NCBI GenBank assembly: GCA_018712555.1
Contig: DVGT01000062.1
Location: forward strand, 20,763 to 84,762
Source: Candidatus Faecimorpha stercoravium
GTDB taxonomy: Bacteria; Bacillota; Clostridia; Lachnospirales; Bianqueaceae
Direction: 5' to 3'
DNA: 64,000 nt
How positions within the stretch are numbered: position 1 is the first letter of the stretch; each line of letters opens with the position of its first letter. The notes beneath the pieces were generated by a model. The model made no database searches, was not told where the DNA came from, and saw nothing but the letters and a program-made list of their open reading frames with translations. Shown here piece after piece: positions 29,095-36,555 of the stretch. The translations under genes and the position numbers were made by a program.

Positions 29095-29729
29095 GGCAGA
29101 CAATGGATAGCAAACGTATAGAGCAACAGATGCGGTTTCTGGCGGAGATCGATCGGATGAAGGCCGTGTATCGGCAGACCCTCCTGATCGACCGGTCGCG
29201 AACGGAGACGGATGCGGAGCATTCCTGGCATCTGGCCATGATGGCCATGACGCTGTTTGAGTACTGTAAAGACCCGTCGGTCGATCTCCTGCGTGTACTG
29301 CAGATGGTATTGGTACATGATCTGGTAGAAATCTACGCGGGCGATACCTTTGCCTATGACGCAGAGGGGAACCGGACGAAGGCCAAGCGGGAGAAAGAAG
29401 CAGCAGATCGCCTGTTTACCATGCTGCCGGCGGAACAGGGCGCTGCCTATAGGGCGTTATGGGAAGAGTTTGACAGCGTACAGACGCCGGACGCCCGATT
29501 TGCTACGGCGATGGATCGTCTGCAGCCCTTCCTTAATAACTACATGACAGAAGGACATTCCTGGCAGCAACGGCATGTGACAGAGAATCAGGTGCGCACG
29601 CGTATAGGCATGATCGAAGATACGGTTCCGGAGATCTGGCCCTGTGTGGAACGAATGCTTGCGGAATGTGTCGAGAAGGGCTGGCTCATTCCTGGGGATG
29701 GGAATCCTCAGGACCTTCGGAATCGTTAG
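29091..29729 (+). CDS. HD-domain phosphohydrolase (YfbR-like)
   Basis: AEHSWH ... LVHDLVEIYAGD metal-binding pattern. ATGA overlap with the upstream gene. Confidence 0.8.
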   Translation: MRQTMDSKRIEQQMRFLAEIDRMKAVYRQTLLIDRSRTETDAEHSWHLAMMAMTLFEYCKDPSVDLLRVLQMVLVHDLVEIYAGDTFAYDAEGNRTKAKREKEAADRLFTMLPAEQGAAYRALWEEFDSVQTPDARFATAMDRLQPFLNNYMTEGHSWQQRHVTENQVRTRIGMIEDTVPEIWPCVERMLAECVEKGWLIPGDGNPQDLRNR

Positions 29730-29901
29730 AGGAGACCAGATATCGTTCTGCCAGCAGGTTCAGCAGGGCTGCTACAAAGCATAGAACGATCCAGATCCAT
29801 TGATATTCGCCGCGAATCGTACCGTAGATCAGGTGGACAACGCCAATACCGACAAGAATCAAAGAAAGTAAGATGGTTTTGCGGGGAAGTTTGGGTTTCA
29901 T
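29686..29901 (-). CDS. Small two-TM membrane protein (hypothetical)
   Basis: 71 aa with two hydrophobic helices. GAGG lies 7 nt upstream of the ATG. The 3' end overlaps the HD gene by 44 nt. Confidence 0.45.
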   Translation of the reverse strand: MKPKLPRKTILLSLILVGIGVVHLIYGTIRGEYQWIWIVLCFVAALLNLLAERYLVSSNDSEGPEDSHPQE

Positions 29902-29994
29902 AGACTGACCTCGTTTCTGTAAAAAAATAGCGTATGTGCGCTATAAAAAGTATATCATATTCATTTTGAAAACACAATCCAGGGAGGGATCATT

Positions 29995-30762
29995 ATGCAG
30001 ATTATCGATGCGCATGTGCATCCATTTGAAGTCGTAAGTCAACGTTCCGGACGGTATTCGGAAGGCGTGACGGATATGGAGGTCTTCAAGGAGGATCTGG
30101 AGAGAGCAGGAATCACACACTGCTGTGGATCTGTCATCAGTCGGGTGGATGGATCATCTTGGGAACCGATTCACGCGCTCAATGAAGCGGCGCTGCGCCT
30201 GCGGGATTTGTACGCGGGATTCTATACGCCAGGCATCCATGTGCATCCCGCGTTCCCCAGGGAATCCTGCGAAGAGATCGAAAAGATGGCTGCACAGGGT
30301 GTTACATTGATTGGAGAATTGGTGCCGTATATGATGGGATGGAGCTCGTATGCCAGTCCGGAGGCTGCGGAGATTTTCACGCTGGCACAGGAGAAAGGAA
30401 TGACGGTCAACGTGCATCCTTCTACCGATGAGGACCTGGAAAAGTTTGCCTCGCTATATCCGCGCCTTTCGATCATCGTGGCGCATCCTAGGGATGCCGC
30501 AGACTATCAGGAAAATCTGGCGCGGATACGGCGTCATGAGAATGTATGTCTGGATCTGAGCGGCACAGGGCTTTTCCGATATGGCATGCTCCGATACGGG
30601 TTGGATCAGGTCGGAAAGGATCGGATTCTCTTCGGCACGGATTATCCAATCTGCAATCCGGGGATGTATGTGGAGGCCGTATTATTTGAGAACCTGACGG
30701 ATGAAGAGCTGGAAGCGGTCATGGAAAAGAATGCCAGGAGGCTGATTTTTAAGGAAGAGTAA
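29995..30762 (+). CDS. Amidohydrolase-2 family metal-dependent hydrolase (possible lactonase)
   Basis: IIDAHVHP N-terminal metal motif, 255 aa TIM-barrel hydrolase pattern, FGTDYP near the C-terminus. Confidence 0.8.
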   Translation: MQIIDAHVHPFEVVSQRSGRYSEGVTDMEVFKEDLERAGITHCCGSVISRVDGSSWEPIHALNEAALRLRDLYAGFYTPGIHVHPAFPRESCEEIEKMAAQGVTLIGELVPYMMGWSSYASPEAAEIFTLAQEKGMTVNVHPSTDEDLEKFASLYPRLSIIVAHPRDAADYQENLARIRRHENVCLDLSGTGLFRYGMLRYGLDQVGKDRILFGTDYPICNPGMYVEAVLFENLTDEELEAVMEKNARRLIFKEE

Positions 30763-30771
30763 GGCTGGACC

Positions 30772-31410
30772 TTATGCATCCGGCTGGCAGACACATTTTA
30801 AGGAGTTGACCATGGATTGATTCAAATGATAAATCAGCGCATCCTTGGCGGCCTCCGGATTTTCCCGCAGTAAAGAGGCAATGATTTCTTCGTGCTGTTC
30901 CAGATTGCCTTCTCGATTTCGAATTCCCTGATGAGCCGCGAACATGGCGAGGCGAACCTGTTGCAGCATGAGGGAATGATACATGTTCAGCAATATATCA
31001 TTCTGCGTGATGGAGATCAGAAAGGTATGGAACTGCGCGTCCAGTTCAAAATGAGGAAGGGATTCTTCCTGCTCTGATTGTTGAAAGCGTGTCTCATAGC
31101 GCAGTAATTCACGTTTCGAATACAGCGAGCAGTATTGCGTGATAATCGTGGGTTCAAACAGTTTGCGCACCTGATAATGCTGCTGGATAGAATCCTCGGT
31201 AATCGGTGTGATGCGCATTCCTTTACGAGGGTAGATTTGAATGAGTCCATCTTTTTGCAGGCGGATAACGGCTTCGCGCAGCGGTGTTCGACCCAGGCCG
31301 GTTTCTTCTGCCATATCCTTTTCCGTGAGGAAAAGACCGGGCATATAGTCGCAGGTCATGATCTTTCGATATGAGGCATCCTGGGGCAAGGGTATCTCTT
31401 GAGCTTCCAC
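30772..31410 (-). CDS. GntR/FadR-type transcriptional regulator
   Basis: wHTH LTEKDMAEETGLGRTPLREAVIRLQKDGLIQIYPRKG plus an FCD-like C-terminal domain. The start is uncertain: GTG 31410, TTG 31392 or ATG 31359. The 379-aa ORF reaching 31911 is an artefact. Confidence 0.75.
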   Translation of the reverse strand: MEAQEIPLPQDASYRKIMTCDYMPGLFLTEKDMAEETGLGRTPLREAVIRLQKDGLIQIYPRKGMRITPITEDSIQQHYQVRKLFEPTIITQYCSLYSKRELLRYETRFQQSEQEESLPHFELDAQFHTFLISITQNDILLNMYHSLMLQQVRLAMFAAHQGIRNREGNLEQHEEIIASLLRENPEAAKDALIYHLNQSMVNSLKCVCQPDA

Positions 31411-31437
31411 TACAGTCCGAATGCGATTGAAGGCGCG

Positions 31438-32334
31438 ATGAAGGATCTGAAGCGTTTCGTGTTGGAAAGAAAGTATCATGTCTACGAAACGCTGCAATTG
31501 CAGCAGGACTACGAGGCAGAAAGCGAGTATTTTGGGATTCCGGGGCTGCAGCGTTGGGCGCTCGCGACGCTGAATGTGGCATTGTGGGATGCCTGGGCCA
31601 GGACTCTGGGTCAGCCGATCTATCGTCTGTTTGGATGCAGCCGCAAGAAGATTCCAGTCTATGGAAGTGGAGGATGGATCAGCTATACGGATGAGGAGCT
31701 TTTGGAGGAAGTGAAGGAATATCAGAAGCGGGGATTCCAGGCAGTCAAGATCAAAGTGGGAAGTCCGGATCAGGAGCGAGACGTGAGAAGACTGCATCTG
31801 GTTCGGGAAGCCATTGGTCCGAATATGAAGATCATGATGGACGCGAATCAGGGAATGGACGTGCCATCCAGTGTCAGCCTGATCGAACAGGTGAAGCATC
31901 TGGGGATTCATTGGTTCGAGGAGCCGGTCTCAAATACGGACTTTGAAGGATATGCGCTGATTCATCAAAAGACGAGTATCAGTCTGGCAATGGGAGAGCG
32001 GGAATATTCGACAGTGGCGCTGCGAGAGCTCATTGGGCGAAGAGCACTGGATTTGTGGCAGCCGGATCTGATCCGTCTGGGTGGCGTGGAGGCTTGGCGA
32101 GATAGCGCAGCGCTGGCAGCCGCATACCATATCCCGGTGTTGCCTCATTATTATAAAGACTATGACATTCCGCTATTGGCTACGGTGTCCAGACCATATG
32201 GTGCGGAAAGTTTTGATTGGATTGATGGAATTATCGATCAGCCGATGGAGATTGTCGATGGATATGCGCTGCCAAGAGAAGGAGAAGGCTGGGGATTCCG
32301 GTTCTTACATCAGTACATGACGGAGGTAAAGTAA
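31438..32334 (+). CDS. Enolase-superfamily (MR/MLE) protein lacking the N-terminal ~55 residues (possible pseudogene)
   Basis: The barrel residues are present: KIKVG, MMDANQG, WFEEP, MGEREY, LPH. However, the ALWD motif lies at residue ~50 instead of ~106 as in the neighbouring paralog. An upstream in-frame stop and the GntR gene leave no room for the capping domain. Confidence 0.65.
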   Translation: MKDLKRFVLERKYHVYETLQLQQDYEAESEYFGIPGLQRWALATLNVALWDAWARTLGQPIYRLFGCSRKKIPVYGSGGWISYTDEELLEEVKEYQKRGFQAVKIKVGSPDQERDVRRLHLVREAIGPNMKIMMDANQGMDVPSSVSLIEQVKHLGIHWFEEPVSNTDFEGYALIHQKTSISLAMGEREYSTVALRELIGRRALDLWQPDLIRLGGVEAWRDSAALAAAYHIPVLPHYYKDYDIPLLATVSRPYGAESFDWIDGIIDQPMEIVDGYALPREGEGWGFRFLHQYMTEVK

Positions 32335-33450
32335 ATGGTGATTCAGAAATTTGAGACCTGGTGGGTCGAACGGGATCAGTGTCTTTTCGATGAGAAGCGC
32401 CAGGGAGGCGCTAAGATGGGATGGGATGTCATCGCTCTGAAACTTACGACCGATACGGGAATTGAAGGGATCGCCACCTGTATGGCGGCGCGAAGCGGCG
32501 GTGTCAGTGAAAATTATTTGCACGACAGTATTGCTCCCGTCGTATTGGGACGAGATCCTCACGATCGGGAAGCCATTTTTCATGCGCTATGGAACGTGGA
32601 CAGGCATGAGGCATTCTTCCCCATTTTCCTGCCGGGACCGGTAGACGTCGCCCTTTGGGATATCTGTGCTAAGGAGGCAGGGTTGCCGTTGTATAAGTAC
32701 ATCGGGGCCTATCGAGATCATCTGCCGGTATATGCCAGCGGCAATTTCCACGGTACGGTACAGGAATACGTAGATGAGGCCTTATATTATAAAGAAAAAG
32801 GAATCGGCGGATACAAAGCGCATCCTTCGGGCCCTGTGGAATTTGATCTCGAGGTTCATCAGGCGGTACGAGATGCCGTCGGGCCCGATTATGTTCTGAT
32901 GAGCGATCCGGTAGGAGAATACACGATGGGGGATGCCGTACGTGTGGGCCGTCAGCTGGAGAAGCTGGGATATAAATGGTTTGAAGAGCCGTTCCGTGAT
33001 TTTGAACTCTATAAGTATCAGGAACTTTGTCGGACTCTGGATATTCCGATTGCCGGGACAGAGACGACAAGAGGCTGTCACTGGGGCGTTGCGCAGGTGA
33101 TCGCGCAGAGAGCCGCCGATATCGTCAGAGCGGATGTGAGCTGGAAGGACGGCATCACCGGGACGCTTAAGATCGCGCATATGGCGGAGGCATTTGGCAT
33201 GAACTGTGAGATCCATACCACGACGATGAATTACATGGATCTGGTCAATGTTCATGTCAGCTGCGCGATACGTAACTGTGAGTATTTTGAATATTTTGTG
33301 CCGGAGGATTCCTACAGGCTTCCGATGAAGGGAGATCTGCCGATTCGAGACGGCATGATCTATGTGCCGAACGAACCCGGTGTAGGAGCAGAATTGGATT
33401 GGGATTTGATTGCAAGGAGCTGCCGCAGTCATCGTGTGCAGCAAATATAA
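32335..33450 (+). CDS. Enolase-superfamily (MR/MLE) sugar-acid dehydratase/cycloisomerase, full length
   Basis: 371 aa. VDVALWDICAKEAGLPLYKYIG, LMSDP, WFEEP, AGTETT. The ATG directly follows the upstream stop. Confidence 0.85.
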   Translation: MVIQKFETWWVERDQCLFDEKRQGGAKMGWDVIALKLTTDTGIEGIATCMAARSGGVSENYLHDSIAPVVLGRDPHDREAIFHALWNVDRHEAFFPIFLPGPVDVALWDICAKEAGLPLYKYIGAYRDHLPVYASGNFHGTVQEYVDEALYYKEKGIGGYKAHPSGPVEFDLEVHQAVRDAVGPDYVLMSDPVGEYTMGDAVRVGRQLEKLGYKWFEEPFRDFELYKYQELCRTLDIPIAGTETTRGCHWGVAQVIAQRAADIVRADVSWKDGITGTLKIAHMAEAFGMNCEIHTTTMNYMDLVNVHVSCAIRNCEYFEYFVPEDSYRLPMKGDLPIRDGMIYVPNEPGVGAELDWDLIARSCRSHRVQQI

Positions 33451-33463
33451 GGAGGACAGGCAG

Positions 33464-34210
33464 ATGGAAAAAGAACTGCAGGGACGGATTGGCATTGTGA
33501 CTGGCGGAAGCAGCGGAATCGGGTATGCCATCGCGAATACCCTGGCGGAAGCTGGCGCGACCGTCTATGTCATCAGTCGTACCGGAGGAGAGAAGAAGGG
33601 ACTGGAACCCAATCGAGAGGGCGTGATTCATACCATCGGCGATGTGACGCATTTTGAAGAGATGCGATCGCTGGTGAATGCGATCGCCTCCAGAGAGGGC
33701 CTGGATTTCCTGGTGAATAATGCGGGTATCACGAAGAAATGCCGGGCAGAAGAGTTTCCGATGGAAGACTTCGAAAGGATTCTCAATGTGAATGTCACAA
33801 GCATTTTCGCGCTGTGCCAGAGTGCATATCCCTACCTGAAGGCCAGTCAGCATAAGGGCCGCATCATCAATATCAGCAGTATGGCGGCGCATCTGGGATT
33901 TTCCGAGGTAGTTCCCTACTGTACCAGCAAAGCGGCTGTATGCGGTATGACAAGAGGACTAGCGGTGGAATGGGCTAATGACAACATTACGGTCAACAGC
34001 ATTGCACCGGGATGGTTTCCCAGCGAGATGAGTAAGCAAGTCATGACGCCGGAGCGCAAACAGGCCATTCTGGGCCGTATGCCAGTACATGCCTTTGGCG
34101 ATACGAAGGACTTGGGGGCGATGGCCAAATTCCTCCTGGGAGATGGTGCAAAGTATATCACAGGACAGGACTTTGCCGTAGATGGCGGTGCGCTGGCCTA
34201 CGGATTTTAA
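33464..34210 (+). CDS. SDR family oxidoreductase (KduD/gluconate-5-dehydrogenase-like)
   Basis: TGGSSGIGYA cofactor motif and YCTSK catalytic YxxxK. RBS GGAGGA at 33451-33456. Confidence 0.88.
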   Translation: MEKELQGRIGIVTGGSSGIGYAIANTLAEAGATVYVISRTGGEKKGLEPNREGVIHTIGDVTHFEEMRSLVNAIASREGLDFLVNNAGITKKCRAEEFPMEDFERILNVNVTSIFALCQSAYPYLKASQHKGRIINISSMAAHLGFSEVVPYCTSKAAVCGMTRGLAVEWANDNITVNSIAPGWFPSEMSKQVMTPERKQAILGRMPVHAFGDTKDLGAMAKFLLGDGAKYITGQDFAVDGGALAYGF

Positions 34211-34220
34211 GGAGAAGATC

Positions 34221-35614
34221 ATGGGACATTTTAACGAAGACTTATTCTTGACCAATGAGACAGGGAAGCGACTGTATCACTCTTACGCGGAACAGATGCC
34301 TATTATTGACTATCATTGCCATCTGTCACCGAAGGAGATCTATGAAAACAAAGAATTCGAGGATCTGGGAGAAATGTGGCTCTCGGGGGATCACTATAAA
34401 TGGCGGGTCATGAGGACCTTCGGCATTCCCGAGAAGTATATCACGGGAGACGCCAGTTATTATGAGAAATACATGGCCTTCGCCAAGATTCTGCCGGAAC
34501 TCATCGGCAATCCCATCTATATCTGGTGTGCATTGGAACTCAAGCGATACTTCGATATTGACGAGCCGCTGTCCGAGGAAAATGCGGATGAGATTTATCA
34601 GAAGACCCGCTCTATGATTCGAAAAGAGATATGACGCGGCGCTGGTGCATGGAGAAAAGTCGTGTGGAACTGGTTTCTACGACAGAGGATCCGACGGACA
34701 CTCTGGAATATCATTTTCTGATGCGGAAGGAACAGCATAAGACCAAGGTCGTATCCGCTTTCCGGCCAGATAACGCGATGTTTATCACTCGTCCCACATT
34801 CGGAGACTATATGAAAAAGCTATCGGCAGCAGCCGGGATCCCGGTACAAAGCTTCCAGGATATGCTGAAGGCGCTGGAATTGCGACTGCAATATTTCCGC
34901 CAGGTAGAAACCACCGTTTCGGATGATGGCATTCCTTATTTATATTGGGAAGACTTCACGATGGATGAGATTGAAGCCATCTGGCAAAAAGCCATGAGAG
35001 GAGAGTCCCTGACCTCGAAGGAGGAAAATCAGTATATCAGCGCATTTTTGTTTCATATGGGGCAGCTCTACTATGATCATGGTTTTGTCATGCAGCTTCA
35101 TATCGGAACCTATCTGGATTGTAATCGCAAGGGCGTTGCAGAAGTGGGCCAATCCTGCGGATTCGACTGCACGGACGATTCGACTTCGATTTTAAGTGTA
35201 GGCGAACTCCTGAACCGCCTGACAGAGATCGGAAAGCTTCCTAAGACGATTCTATATCCGCTGGATGCCGCGAAGCAGGAAAACTTCGCAATCCTGGCTG
35301 CTGGATTCTGCGAAGGAGGTACACGAGCCAAGGTGCAGTTAGGGGCTCCCTGGTGGTTCAATGACCATGTCTATGGACTGGAGCGGCAATTCCAGGCGGT
35401 CGCGAACCTGTATCCCATCAGTCTATCCGTGGGAATGCTGACAGACAGCCGGAGTTTTATCTCCTATCCCCGCCATGAATTGTATCGCCGAGTACTCTGC
35501 AACTACTTTGGAATGCTAGTCGAACGGGGAGAGTATTTCGGAAGTGAAGAAACACTGCAAAAAGTGATTCAAAATATTTGCTATTACAATGTGAAAGACT
35601 TTTTCGGATTTTAA
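34221..35614 (+). pseudogene. uxaC: Glucuronate isomerase uxaC interrupted by a 1-nt frameshift
   Basis: ORF 34221-34634 (…IDYHCHLSPKEIY…) and ORF 34631-35614 (…RVELVSTTEDPTD…WWFND…) together align collinearly with a ~465-aa UxaC. The frame switches within GAAAAGAG at 34621-34628. Confidence 0.8.
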
Positions 35615-35625
35615 TGTATAAGAGA

Positions 35626-35658
35626 GGACTCGCCTGCATATTGGGCGAGCCCTTTTTT
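35626..35658 (+). terminator. Rho-independent terminator after uxaC
   Basis: GGACTCGCC / GGCGAGCCC stem (8 of 9 pairs), 9-nt loop, then TTTTTT (35653-35658). Confidence 0.65.
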
Positions 35659-35740
35659 GTAAATATATTGTAAACATTCCCCATTTCGCCAGCCACCTTC
35701 TCTCTAAAAAGCGACTATAGATGAGTGGAGGGCGATATTC

Positions 35741-36493
35741 ATGAACGTTCTACTTTTACTCCAGGAACGCACTCGCATCCAGCAGGCACTGCTTCATTCG
35801 CCGCCCGGCCATCTCGTATATCATAAAGGCCGCTACGGCGCCCAGCAGTACACCCGCCCCTCGGATCATAAGCGCGTCCAGAAATACATTCGCATGAAGG
35901 ATCTTCCGCAGATGGAAGCGCGCTATCGGGAGAAAGCCACCCTGGAAGCGCGCCTCCGGGAGATCGAGAAGCTCCTTCGCGCAGATCCCAAGGAGGTCAA
36001 ACGCGTGAAGGCCCAGCTGCAGCGGGAAGAGCGGAATCTATTGGAGACACTCCGGAAGCCGCACAGCGCGCAGTATCGGCATCTCACACTGCGCGGCGAA
36101 TATGTGGCCTCCAAGTCCGAGGCGCTCCTGGCCGACTACTTATATTTTCACCACATCCCTTACGAGTACGAGCAGCCCCTCTTCGTCCGAGGCGTCTGCT
36201 ATCATCCCGACTTCACACTCTCGATTCGCGGCGTGACCGTATACGTCGAGCATCTGGGACTGCTCGATCAGCCCCAATATGCCGAGGAGTGGAAGAAGAA
36301 ATACCAGCAGTATCAATCCATCGGGATCCACGAGGGCTTCAACCTCATCTGCACCCGCGAGCACGAGGGCGCCATCAACATGCAGGAGATCGACCACCAG
36401 TTCCGCGACATGGGCGTCATCGGGAAAAACTGGGACAAGATCGCAGTGCGGGATCAAGAGCGCATCCGACGAAGAAGGGAAAAGAAAAAGTAA
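35741..36493 (+). CDS. Orphan protein: charged helical N-terminal half plus PD-(D/E)XK-like C-terminal motif set
   Basis: RBS GGAGGG 7 nt upstream. Motifs SKSEALLADYL...PYEYEQPL...HPDFTL...VYVEHLG and basic tail RIRRRREKKK. Codon usage is strongly G/C-ending, unlike the neighbours. Confidence 0.6.
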   Translation: MNVLLLLQERTRIQQALLHSPPGHLVYHKGRYGAQQYTRPSDHKRVQKYIRMKDLPQMEARYREKATLEARLREIEKLLRADPKEVKRVKAQLQREERNLLETLRKPHSAQYRHLTLRGEYVASKSEALLADYLYFHHIPYEYEQPLFVRGVCYHPDFTLSIRGVTVYVEHLGLLDQPQYAEEWKKKYQQYQSIGIHEGFNLICTREHEGAINMQEIDHQFRDMGVIGKNWDKIAVRDQERIRRRREKKK

Positions 36494-36495
36494 TA

Positions 36496-36522
36496 CTATT
36501 ATATATAATATTAATATAATAG
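36496..36522. other. AT-only perfect inverted repeat in the leader of the repeat array
   Basis: CTATTATAT (36496-36504) / ATATAATAG (36514-36522). Two TATAAT hexamers lie at 36504-36509 and 36515-36520. Confidence 0.5.
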
Positions 36523-36555
36523 CATTTAAGTGTTTCTTCTTTGTGGGAAATCCGT

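Noticed and set aside
31411-31911. N-terminal 167-aa extension of the GntR ORF (the 379-aa ORF 30772-31911)
   Set aside because: The extension has no similarity to regulator domains and runs antisense through the enolase-family gene. The GntR wHTH only requires a start near 31359-31410.
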